Origin: a virus
Strand: one strand, 5' to 3'
DNA length: 46,628 bases
Virus record (IMG/VR): IMGVR_UViG_3300050196_000201
Location: 1-46,628 of that record
How positions within the stretch are numbered: the first letter of the stretch is position 1; each line of letters starts with the position of its first letter. The notes under the pieces were generated by a model that was not told the DNA's origin, did not search any database, and saw only the letters and a program-made list of their open reading frames with translations. Positions 6,964 to 14,542 of this stretch are shown here, piece after piece. The translations under genes and the position numbers were made by a program.

Positions 6964-7425
6964 ATGGGAGTAGATACAAAAGCGATTATTCGCAAAGGTG
7001 TTACTATAACTGAAATAGTTGAAACACTAAGCGCAAAGTATAGTAATGTAGAGGTGCATTCTACTCATAGTAATGACTTTATGCAAGCTACATTTTTAGA
7101 TGGTAGCGATAAGCGTATGTTATCAATATTCTTTTTAGATACGGCGCAAAATGATTACAAAATAGACGGCGTTTTACTATCACTAGGGTATTGGGGCAAT
7201 TCGGCTGAAATAGCTACTTATCTATGCGAGACTTTTGGTGGCTATCTCGATAGAAATGACTGCGATGATGACGGCTTTGAGCCTATTAATTTAGACTTAT
7301 TTGAAAAAGGTTCACAATTCACGCTCTTAGATGAGTTCAAAAATAAAGTAATTTCAAAGTTGGGCTATAAGAATCTAAACGCCGCTTTGCTTTTATTTGA
7401 CGAATATAAAACTTTAATCCCTTAA
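6964..7425 (+). CDS. Hypothetical protein
   Basis: AAATTCAAA motif (6949-6957) upstream of the ATG. 153 aa with no motif recognised. Confidence 0.5.
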   Translation: MGVDTKAIIRKGVTITEIVETLSAKYSNVEVHSTHSNDFMQATFLDGSDKRMLSIFFLDTAQNDYKIDGVLLSLGYWGNSAEIATYLCETFGGYLDRNDCDDDGFEPINLDLFEKGSQFTLLDEFKNKVISKLGYKNLNAALLLFDEYKTLIP

Positions 7426-7437
7426 AAATTCAAAACC

Positions 7438-7689
7438 ATGTCACAAAAAACCTATTTCAACCTCATTGCCTTTCTAGGCTTAGTTTTTATTCCATTCCGT
7501 TCCCTTTTGGCAGTTGCGCCGCATAAAACAGGTTTACAAATTCAATCCGATGCGCCTATGGACTGGCTTGCATTTGGCGTAAACCTTATCTTTTGGGGCT
7601 TCGTTTTTGGTACTATCTTTTTCATCGGTCTTTCTCTAGTCGGTTTGCGCAAAGAGCAAAAGATTATAAACGAGTTGGATAATGAATAG
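7438..7689 (+). CDS. Small membrane protein (two predicted TM helices)
   Basis: Hydrophobic stretches 'FNLIAFLGLVFIPF' and 'FGVNLIFWGFVFGTIFFIGLSLVGL'. AAATTCAAA motif at 7426-7434. Confidence 0.5.
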   Translation: MSQKTYFNLIAFLGLVFIPFRSLLAVAPHKTGLQIQSDAPMDWLAFGVNLIFWGFVFGTIFFIGLSLVGLRKEQKIINELDNE

Positions 7690-8236
7690 AAAAGTCGTAG
7701 GAATTGACCCAGATACAGTCCTAAACGGCTGGTGTGAGGCTCAAATTAGTTTAGATGGTAATGTAACTCATACGCTCGAATTAATGTCTGAAAGCGACAT
7801 ACAAGCCCGTTTAGAGCTTTTCAAAAAAGAGGGTATAGCGGTAACGGTTGCTGTTGAAAACTCATGGGAAACTGCAAATAAAAAACCTATACCGCTTACT
7901 TATAATACTAAAAACGGCATGAGTGACTACATGAGAGCTAAGATAGCGGGAGACGTTGCGCTTAATCACGCAGTCGGCAAACGAATTGCTCAAATGGTTA
8001 TAGATATACTGGGGTCTGATAGTCTTACTTACTATTATTCAAACAGCGGGCTAAGAGTAAAAAACCCTAAGTACTCACAAATGACTTACGAACTTATTTG
8101 TAACCGTGAAAAGATAGTACCATACAAGCGCACTAATCCCGAAAAAAGAGACGCTTTCAGAGCTTGTTTGCCGCTTATTGATGGGCTTAAATCGGACTAT
8201 AAACGCATGATTAAATCACAATCTAACCAAAAATAA
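7682..8236 (+). CDS. RuvC-like (RNase H fold) Holliday-junction resolvase candidate
   Basis: N-terminal 'VVGIDPD' followed by 'VAVENS' resembles the first two acidic motifs of RuvC-type resolvases. Confidence 0.4.
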   Translation: MNRKVVGIDPDTVLNGWCEAQISLDGNVTHTLELMSESDIQARLELFKKEGIAVTVAVENSWETANKKPIPLTYNTKNGMSDYMRAKIAGDVALNHAVGKRIAQMVIDILGSDSLTYYYSNSGLRVKNPKYSQMTYELICNREKIVPYKRTNPEKRDAFRACLPLIDGLKSDYKRMIKSQSNQK

Positions 8237-8242
8237 AATCTT

Positions 8243-8623
8243 ATGTCAAAGCCAAAAATCACCTCACATGAGGACGTAGTAAACAAGTATATCGGCGAAC
8301 AAGGAACTGAAAAGCGTGATAAGTTCGATGCAGAATTAGAAGCCGCTAAGATTGAGGCTAAAATAGAGACTATATTCTCTAAGTTTCATTTCAATAGAGT
8401 TCGTGAGGCTATGGAGGTTTTAGACTGGACTTGGGAATCATTCGGCGATAAAGTGCCTAGCATTGAGCACATGAAAGAGTATGTAGGCGGAATGATTAAG
8501 AGCCTATTGAGCGATAAAGAAGCAAAGGGAATTAGTAGCGGCGGCTTTGTTGCAATAAAAGAAGGTGATGATGTTGTACTTGAATTTATTCTTTGTTCTG
8601 CGTATTCAAGCGATGAAGAGTAG
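8243..8623 (+). CDS. Hypothetical protein
   Basis: 126-aa ORF in the packed array. Confidence 0.5.
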   Translation: MSKPKITSHEDVVNKYIGEQGTEKRDKFDAELEAAKIEAKIETIFSKFHFNRVREAMEVLDWTWESFGDKVPSIEHMKEYVGGMIKSLLSDKEAKGISSGGFVAIKEGDDVVLEFILCSAYSSDEE

Positions 8624-8652
8624 TATTTTTTAACCCTAAAAAATCAATCCCA

Positions 8653-8877
8653 ATGAAACCCAACCCTAATTTACCCCTTAAAGAACAACAGATGCAAGCC
8701 GAATTATACAGACGCATTGACGCACAGCACCGCAAAGAAAGAGATGCGGCATTATTATTTAAGCTAAAAATAATTCTTTTTGCCGCCGTAGTACTATTAA
8801 GCTGTATAGGCATATCGAAGTGCCAATCTGAACATAATTCACAACCTCAAACCAAAACAGAGCAATGCAACAGTTAA
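8653..8877 (+). CDS. Hypothetical protein with one TM segment
   Basis: 'IILFAAVVLLSCIGI' hydrophobic helix. Overlaps the next ORF by 13 nt. Confidence 0.4.
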   Translation: MKPNPNLPLKEQQMQAELYRRIDAQHRKERDAALLFKLKIILFAAVVLLSCIGISKCQSEHNSQPQTKTEQCNS

Positions 8878-9617
8878 TACAACAAGTCCAAGCTTGGGCA
8901 AATGAACGAGGACTGAATAAGCCTGAACAAGCTAAGACGCAATTCTTAAAAGTCCTATCAGAATACGGCGAAACGTGCGATGCTATCATTAAGCGTGAGA
9001 AAAACGGCGATACTGATATTATAGACGGCTTTGGCGATATAATTGTAACGCTTATTGTACTTTGCAATATGAAAGGCTGTCTTTATAATGAATCTAGTAG
9101 TGAAATCGTTTGCGATAAATCAGAATTTGCAGACCTTATTTATTCTCTCTCAAATGTATGCCACTATGTAGGCGAAGCAGATGAAGAACAATTCAGCATA
9201 GGCATGGCTTTTTTAACCGCTAATCTATACGGCTATATTCAAGCATTTGGCTTTACTCCTGAACAATGCCTTGAAGCGGCTTATTCCGAAATCAAAGACC
9301 GCAAAGGTGTGACGGTAAATGGTACGTTTATAAAAGATGAGGTGCAAAGTTTGGCAGTTGAAATAGCAAGTAAGGTTAATCTAAGTACGTTAGACTATGA
9401 TGATATAGTTGTATTTAAAAATGGCTTAAAGATGCCTGTTACCTACATAGAAACCGATTTAGATAATGCTGATTATGATTATAAAATCAAGGTAAAAAAT
9501 ACTAGCGGAATACATTCGGCTCATTTAATTGGCTCTATGTTTTACACTAAAGATGGTATTTTTGATGCAGAAGGCAAGATTAAAGAGTGGGATATAGTCG
9601 CAATTCATAAAGCATAA
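8865..9617 (+). CDS. MazG-like nucleotide pyrophosphohydrolase fused to the recurrent ~70-aa C-terminal domain
   Basis: 'LSEYGETCDAI...DIIDGFGDIIVTLIVL' fits the MazG pattern ExxE...DxxGD. The C-terminal 9396-9614 carries the paralog-domain motifs. Confidence 0.6.
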   Translation: MQQLIQQVQAWANERGLNKPEQAKTQFLKVLSEYGETCDAIIKREKNGDTDIIDGFGDIIVTLIVLCNMKGCLYNESSSEIVCDKSEFADLIYSLSNVCHYVGEADEEQFSIGMAFLTANLYGYIQAFGFTPEQCLEAAYSEIKDRKGVTVNGTFIKDEVQSLAVEIASKVNLSTLDYDDIVVFKNGLKMPVTYIETDLDNADYDYKIKVKNTSGIHSAHLIGSMFYTKDGIFDAEGKIKEWDIVAIHKA

Positions 9618-9681
9618 AAAACACCGCCGTACCTCTTAGCAGTAACTTTTTGTCGGGTGTTGTAACGTGCGGCGGTAAAAT

Positions 9682-9753
9682 TGGGGTGTAGCTCAGTGGT
9701 AGAGTAGCTGCCTTATACGCAGTTGGTTATCGGTTCGAATCCGTTCGCCCCAA
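9682..9753 (+). tRNA. tRNA-Ile (anticodon TAT)
   Basis: Acceptor TGGGGTG/CGCCCCA. D arm GCTC-AGTGGTA-GAGT. Anticodon stem GCTGC/GCAGT with loop CTTATAC. T arm ATCGG-TTCGAAT-CCGTT. Confidence 0.75.
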
Positions 9754-9785
9754 CAAAATGAAGGTTTGTATAACATTGACATGAT

Positions 9786-9817
9786 ACGCCGTAAATCGTA
9801 AGGTAAGCGGCGTTTTT
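9786..9817 (+). terminator. Intrinsic terminator after tRNA-Ile
   Basis: ACGCCG..CGGCGT stem followed by TTTTT. Confidence 0.65.
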
Positions 9818-9842
9818 AAAGTAAATAATTAATCAGAAAAAC

Positions 9843-10052
9843 ATGGAGCCGTTAATATTGGAGAATCCTACCAAGCAGGAGAGAATAAGAAATAAGTGCT
9901 ATTGGTCGATGCATAGCTATGCTAATAAAAATAGCCTTAATTTAGACCAAATTTACGCACAAATTCAAGCTAAAACTCGCCCATTGCCAAAAAGAGTGCG
10001 TGACTATGTTTTGTCGCATTATGATAGTGACGGAAATTTTATAACTAACTAA
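9843..10052 (+). CDS. Hypothetical protein
   Basis: 69-aa ATG ORF. The next ORF starts at its stop (TAATG). Confidence 0.45.
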   Translation: MEPLILENPTKQERIRNKCYWSMHSYANKNSLNLDQIYAQIQAKTRPLPKRVRDYVLSHYDSDGNFITN

Positions 10053-10306
10053 TGGCGCTCCCTCAAAAAACAAAGCCGCAGCCCGCAACTGAAACGCCCC
10101 AAAATATCCCCAAAATAGGTAGTTTATTCAAGTGGATAACGTGCTTACAAGAAATGCGCTACACGGGGCAAATTAAGCAAAGTGTCGGCATAATACTAAG
10201 CTTTACTTATACCGTATCACGTACAAAGCAAGGCGAAACACTTACGCTAGCGCCGTACCAACTAGACGAGGCTTTGCGGTTGGGTAGATTAATCAAAATT
10301 CAATAA
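10052..10306 (+). CDS. Hypothetical protein
   Basis: 84-aa ORF, translationally coupled to the upstream ORF. Confidence 0.45.
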   Translation: MALPQKTKPQPATETPQNIPKIGSLFKWITCLQEMRYTGQIKQSVGIILSFTYTVSRTKQGETLTLAPYQLDEALRLGRLIKIQ

Positions 10307-10324
10307 CCAATAAAAATTCAAATT

Positions 10325-10693
10325 ATGCAATTCAAAGAAGTAAACCCGAATGATTTACCGCAATGCGATGTACTTTGTATTAGTGACGATGGCTATATCC
10401 GTATAGGTCGCTTAGTACTAGAAAATGATATAGTATATTGCACTGGTAAGGACACGACTATTTGCGATGTCACTCATTATTTGCCGCTTGACGATATTAA
10501 GCCGAGCGAGACTAAGCCTAGTTTGTTAGAAGAGTTATTTGATGGCTGGATAATTCAAAAGAGCTCAAATAAACTTTACATTTATTCTAGCGATAGAGAG
10601 TTTGAAGACGGTAATCATTTTGATAAACAAAAAATGATTGAATCAATAGCAGATTTTGAAGAAAGAATTGTAAAAGAAATTCAAGGCGCATGA
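10325..10693 (+). CDS. Hypothetical protein
   Basis: AAATTCAAA motif at 10314-10322 upstream of the ATG. Confidence 0.5.
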   Translation: MQFKEVNPNDLPQCDVLCISDDGYIRIGRLVLENDIVYCTGKDTTICDVTHYLPLDDIKPSETKPSLLEELFDGWIIQKSSNKLYIYSSDREFEDGNHFDKQKMIESIADFEERIVKEIQGA

Positions 10694-11193
10694 TAACCGT
10701 AACCCGCAAAAACAACCTTTTCGCATTTGACCATTCACACACGCATTTAGTCTATTTAGATGGTGTGTATATTGGCGAAGTAAAAAGATACAATAGCACT
10801 TGGCACTTACATGGCTTTATTAACCTGCAATTTGGTATTAACGAGAAAACCCCCAACCTAAGTACTTACGATAAACTTTCCCTGGGAATCGAAAACGCAC
10901 TAAGCCGCTTTAATCGTGGCGAAATACTTACAATCAAAAGCCTGTTAGAAGTGCCTGAACAAGCTCAACAGGAAAAGCAGTCTAGAATGAATTACTTTGG
11001 TAATTCAAATCGGGCACAAAGCTGCAAAAACGTGATTAATCTAAAAACAGGTGTAGTATATCCGTCATTGCGTGCCGCTGGTCAAATAAACGGCATACAT
11101 TTACAGTTGATGAAAAACGCCGTTAGAGTTACTAAAAATCCCGTTTGGGCTTATTATGAGCCTAAGAAACATATTGCAATATCATTTTATTAA
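10690..11193 (+). CDS. Hypothetical protein, possible C-terminal DNA-binding module
   Basis: ATGA overlap with the upstream ORF. 'VINLKTGVVYPSLRAAGQINGI' resembles NUMOD/HTH-like modules (weak). Confidence 0.45.
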   Translation: MITVTRKNNLFAFDHSHTHLVYLDGVYIGEVKRYNSTWHLHGFINLQFGINEKTPNLSTYDKLSLGIENALSRFNRGEILTIKSLLEVPEQAQQEKQSRMNYFGNSNRAQSCKNVINLKTGVVYPSLRAAGQINGIHLQLMKNAVRVTKNPVWAYYEPKKHIAISFY

Positions 11194-11215
11194 ATAATCT
11201 CCTAAATCAAATTCA

Positions 11216-12331
11216 ATGACCTACTTAATTAATTTATCCCTGCCGCTTTGGGCTATATTTTTACCGCTTGGAATTGCGGCGGTTTTAGCTGCTAAATACT
11301 ATCAGTCAGAAAGCGCATTTAGTAAAATGAAATCCAACTATCAAGCGCAGCTAAGAGAGGCGCAAAACCGATTAGATGAGGCTACTAAAAATAGTGTTAG
11401 CCTTACTCTTGCACTGCAAGGAACTAATCAGCTTAAAGACGTAAGTGAAAAGCTACACAAAGCAGAATCGGACGCCGTAGAACGTGAGATATTAGTTAGA
11501 GCCTTGCGAGCTGACTTAGCAAATGAATCCGAAATACTGCAAGGTCGTATAAAAGACAAAAACGCCGTAATAAGTGAAAGAGATGCGCAAATCGAGCAAC
11601 TCCAATCCAAACTCCAACTATCCGAACTAGCGCACAATGAAACGAAAGAAGACTTGATTGGCGAAAAGTATTATATTGATGCAATAGCAGAAGTCTATAA
11701 GGTACTATATGGGTTAGTAAAGCGCAATTCTCGAACTAGAAAGCAGTATGATGCAGTAATGCAAAGTATTGGCGAAAAACGTGCATTTGCAATGAATAAT
11801 CTTACTCAAAGTATTTTAGAGTTGGCGAATAAAAAAGCAAGTCAAAAGGCGCAAACTAAGACTATTATTGATGATGGTAAAGTTGATGGCGTGGTATATG
11901 ACAGTCTAGGCACTTTAAGAGTATTCCAAGCAGACCAATCCGAAAGTGTGAATAATAGACATGAGATTGTCAATATCTGCAATGAAGTCAATAGAGGAAT
12001 AGCAGAGCAAGCACAACGCATTAAAGAGGAGTTAGCTAGCGTGGTGGATATGTCGCAATTACAAGTAGGGGATAGTATAGAATTTAGAAATAGTACTGTG
12101 AAAACAGTAGTAAGGCTCGGATATGATAATAGAGGTATTAATTATTTATATTGGATAATGGTAGATAGCAATGAAGGCGACCATTGGCGTATTAAAGATA
12201 TAATTGACTATACAACTAAGGGTTACTATTATCGTAATGAGGATATTTCAAACTTTGACATTATTCAAATAATCAAGCCCGCAAAGTCTAAGGTTAAGTT
12301 TGAGCCGCAAGAGGGAGATGGTACATATTAA
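11216..12331 (+). CDS. Membrane-anchored coiled-coil protein ending in the recurrent ~70-aa domain
   Basis: N-terminal TM 'LSLPLWAIFLPLGIAAVLAA', a long heptad-like region, and the C-terminal domain at 12059-12280. Confidence 0.55.
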   Translation: MTYLINLSLPLWAIFLPLGIAAVLAAKYYQSESAFSKMKSNYQAQLREAQNRLDEATKNSVSLTLALQGTNQLKDVSEKLHKAESDAVEREILVRALRADLANESEILQGRIKDKNAVISERDAQIEQLQSKLQLSELAHNETKEDLIGEKYYIDAIAEVYKVLYGLVKRNSRTRKQYDAVMQSIGEKRAFAMNNLTQSILELANKKASQKAQTKTIIDDGKVDGVVYDSLGTLRVFQADQSESVNNRHEIVNICNEVNRGIAEQAQRIKEELASVVDMSQLQVGDSIEFRNSTVKTVVRLGYDNRGINYLYWIMVDSNEGDHWRIKDIIDYTTKGYYYRNEDISNFDIIQIIKPAKSKVKFEPQEGDGTY

Positions 12332-12551
12332 AGACCTTAGAGGCAATTTCAAAGTTAAGGAAGTGGGTGCTCAATGTAATGGCTATTTACTCATACCTGA
12401 AAGTAGCATGACTACTTATTTTCGCTTCATACGCGACTTAATGCCAATTAAAGGCTATCGCTATGAAAACGGCTTTATATCTACTGATACCTGCTACAAA
12501 ACAAATAAGCCTTGCGAGTTTGGGTGTCACGGGCTTTGCAAAGAATCATAA
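12318..12551 (+). CDS. Hypothetical Cys-rich protein
   Basis: ATG 12318 overlaps the upstream ORF end by 14 nt (the ORF-track start at 12300 is TTG). Ends 'CEFGCHGLC'. Confidence 0.4.
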   Translation: MVHIKDLRGNFKVKEVGAQCNGYLLIPESSMTTYFRFIRDLMPIKGYRYENGFISTDTCYKTNKPCEFGCHGLCKES

Positions 12552-12735
12552 GGCTGTGTATAAAACAGGAAATTACAACCGTCACACCTATTATATCGGC
12601 TTAGTACGCCGTTTTCAAGGAATAGGCTTTATGGTGTCAAGCGACAATCCTATAACTACTTACGACTATCTATTAATTGAGATTAGGGTTTTGTGGTTTA
12701 AAGCTTGGCACATTTACAAATATCAAAACAAATAG
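12463..12735 (+). CDS. Questionable ORF overlapping 12318..12551 by 89 nt in the +1 frame
   Basis: ATG ORF whose unique part (12552-12735) reads 'AVYKTGNYNRHTYYIGL', faintly like GIY-x10-YIG. It could be a gene remnant or spurious. Confidence 0.25.
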   Translation: MKTALYLLIPATKQISLASLGVTGFAKNHKAVYKTGNYNRHTYYIGLVRRFQGIGFMVSSDNPITTYDYLLIEIRVLWFKAWHIYKYQNK

Positions 12736-12757
12736 CTTTTTCTTTTCCATAACAACA

Positions 12758-12788
12758 CGCCGTTGTCGAAGGATAGCGGCGAGTTTTG
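12758..12788 (+). terminator. Weak terminator-like hairpin
   Basis: CGCCG..CGGCG stem followed by aGTTTT. Confidence 0.3.
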
Positions 12789-12805
12789 GTAATGGCAAAA
12801 TAAAC

Positions 12806-12953
12806 AAGCCTAGTCCATCACCCCAAAGGTAACAGTTGGAATACTGCGATATGCTAAGTAATTAGCTGCCGATGGCGGGATAATAGCTTTATAGCTATAA
12901 TCTTACGGAAATATCTATTTAGGTATAACAGGCGGGAGGTAGCGACTAGGCTT
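12806..12953 (+). ncRNA. Candidate structured RNA closed by a perfect 10-bp long-range helix
   Basis: AAGCCTAGTC (12806-12815) pairs with GACTAGGCTT (12944-12953). Internal helices include CCATC/GATGG and ATAGCT/AGCTAT, and GGCGGGA occurs twice. The region has no ORF and looks GC-richer than its flanks by eye. Confidence 0.35.
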
Positions 12954-12983
12954 TATATTATAACCAAAATTAATAAAATTCAA

Positions 12984-13364
12984 ATTAGAAAACCAAATAA
13001 GAAGAAACGGTTTAAGCTTATCAAAATAAAGCGTAAGTCTGAGCCGAAAAAAGAACGTCCCTATATTCAAGCCTTGATAGATATGTTTATAGACAAGGGC
13101 TTTAATGAAAAGATGGCTAAGGTTGCGGCATTTGCTTTAATGATAAGGCATAAAGAAGCGTGTTTACCTGCAATGAAATTCCCACAAGGCGGAATAATTT
13201 CAGACGTTGTGATAACTGATAATAGGGAGTTCGTTATTAACCCTAATTGCACATTTAAAGCCACAAAGTTAAATGCTGAGCCTATTAGTGCGCCGCTGAA
13301 AGATGCACTAGCCTTAATAGTTGAAAAAATCAAAGCAGACTTAATAAATCAAGGTCACAAATAA
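12984..13364 (+). CDS. Hypothetical basic protein with a probable non-AUG start (ATT 12984) or a later TTG/ATG start
   Basis: The frame is open from 12858 with no in-frame ATG before 13083, and the ORF-track start at 13074 is TTG. ATT 12984 sits exactly where the ATG sits after the AAATTCAA motif in other genes. The upstream part encodes a plausible K/R-rich N-terminus. Confidence 0.4.
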   Translation: MRKPNKKKRFKLIKIKRKSEPKKERPYIQALIDMFIDKGFNEKMAKVAAFALMIRHKEACLPAMKFPQGGIISDVVITDNREFVINPNCTFKATKLNAEPISAPLKDALALIVEKIKADLINQGHK

Positions 13365-13399
13365 ATCATAAAACACTATAAAATAAGCTAGTAAATAAC

Positions 13400-13407
13400 T
13401 ATCTTTG
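13400..13407 (+). promoter_or_regulatory. -7 box TAtcTTTG (no clear -33)
   Basis: Exact TAnnTTTG in the 144-nt intergenic gap. Confidence 0.35.
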
Positions 13408-13507
13408 TGTATTGAAATAGAATATTTTAAGTAGCTTTTTTGAATTTGTAACTATGCTAGCTGTAAAGCGAGTGTAGTTTTTATTTAGACTAAATATAAA
13501 TAAGATT

Positions 13508-13711
13508 ATGACAGAGCAACAAATAAAAGCGCATATCAGAATGCGTAAAAACGAAATAACACTATTAAGGGGTTTATTTGTGCAAATTGAACAGCTTAAT
13601 AAAGATGTCGGCTTAAAGCAATCCACTTTAGATGAATTACAAGCTAAGATAAGTAGCAAGATAGCGCAATGCGAAATCTCAATCCGTGACCATGAAAAAC
13701 TAATCAAATAA
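13508..13711 (+). CDS. Hypothetical coiled-coil protein
   Basis: 67-aa ATG ORF. The competing minus-strand ORF 13399..13836 was rejected. Confidence 0.45.
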   Translation: MTEQQIKAHIRMRKNEITLLRGLFVQIEQLNKDVGLKQSTLDELQAKISSKIAQCEISIRDHEKLIK

Positions 13712-13715
13712 AACC

Positions 13716-13916
13716 ATGAAAGCACATCTTGAAGTAATGCTAGCTTATTACGAAAAACTAATAGAAAGACAGCATAAACCATACGGCTATAATAGATGCA
13801 GAAGGTGTAAGTATAAGCAAAGGCATTTAAAAGCACATTGGAGAGTGGTTAATAACTTTCAATTGCTGCATTGGAAAAGAGTTGCTATAATGCGACTTAT
13901 TGATGATTCAATTTAA
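13716..13916 (+). CDS. Hypothetical basic protein
   Basis: 66-aa ORF starting 4 nt after the upstream stop. Confidence 0.4.
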   Translation: MKAHLEVMLAYYEKLIERQHKPYGYNRCRRCKYKQRHLKAHWRVVNNFQLLHWKRVAIMRLIDDSI

Positions 13917-13927
13917 ACAAAATTCAA

Positions 13928-14266
13928 ATGAAAGCAACCCCAGAACTACTACAAAGAGCACTAAGAAACTTAGAGATGGGTTTAAGCCCTGAAATATCCG
14001 CTAAGATACTAGCAACCGTAAGACTGCTAGACGAAAAAGGCGCAGAAGCCAATCTAATAGACTTTGCTTTGATTGAGGCTTGTTATAGTGATAAGCCGCA
14101 AAGTGAGCCATTACCTAGGGGAAGTATAGATATGAGTAGTCTAGTCGAAGGTAGTATCTTGCTATTATCAGATGACACTAAGCCTACTATTTTTAGCATA
14201 ATGCAATGCAATGATGGTAACTACTTTGTAAAAGAAGATGGCGGCGGTCAAATGTATTTTAATTAG
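13928..14266 (+). CDS. Hypothetical protein
   Basis: AAATTCAAA motif (13919-13927) directly abuts the ATG. Confidence 0.5.
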   Translation: MKATPELLQRALRNLEMGLSPEISAKILATVRLLDEKGAEANLIDFALIEACYSDKPQSEPLPRGSIDMSSLVEGSILLLSDDTKPTIFSIMQCNDGNYFVKEDGGGQMYFN

Positions 14267-14305
14267 CAAGGCAAAAGCTTACATAGTAATCTTTATATAA
14301 AAGAG

Positions 14306-14539
14306 GTGTTAGGTATTGAAGCCCTTGTAGTAGATATGTTGATTGTAGAGGAAGGTGATGTATTAGAGTTTACCCATGGGTATAGAATGACTGTTACAGA
14401 GGTTAGTTATGACGAGATGCTTGATAGATATAGTGTTTATTCTGAAATAGACGGTAACTCTACTTTATTATCTAGAAATGGCAAACACAAATATAGTCCT
14501 GATGGCGATAGAGTGATAAAAATCATTAAACCAAACTAA
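14306..14539 (+). CDS. Stand-alone copy of the recurrent ~70-aa domain (start GTG 14306 or ATG 14336)
   Basis: 'EEGDVLEFTHG...LLSRNGKHKYSPDGDRVIKIIKPN' matches the paralog-domain pattern. Confidence 0.5.
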   Translation: MLGIEALVVDMLIVEEGDVLEFTHGYRMTVTEVSYDEMLDRYSVYSEIDGNSTLLSRNGKHKYSPDGDRVIKIIKPN

Positions 14540-14542
14540 ACC

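Noticed and set aside
9621-9677. Hairpin ACCGCCG...CGGCGGT upstream of tRNA-Ile as a sixth (mini) tRNA or terminator
   Set aside because: Only 40 nt lie between the arms and there are no D or T loop signatures. There is no downstream U tract on the + strand. It is probably part of the tRNA precursor leader.
6236-9753. Suppressor tRNA or stop-codon reassignment as an explanation for the in-frame TAA at 5220
   Set aside because: The anticodons read as TAG, GCA, TGA, GCT and TAT. None is complementary to a stop codon. The genome shows dense uninterrupted ORFs under the standard code.
12806-12953. Assignment of the structured element to guanidine-I (ykkC), twister or a group I intron P7
   Set aside because: Only short resemblances were found (GGCGGGAUAA, GGGAGG, CUAGUC/GACUAG). 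The partner strands required by those consensus structures (for example CCCG for ykkC P3) are missing, and the 128-nt spacing does not fit P7. The element is left as an unclassified candidate.
13399-13836. Minus-strand 145-aa ORF
   Set aside because: Its translation is hydrophobic and Cys/Phe-rich. The + strand has a -7 box plus two ATG ORFs in the usual packing.
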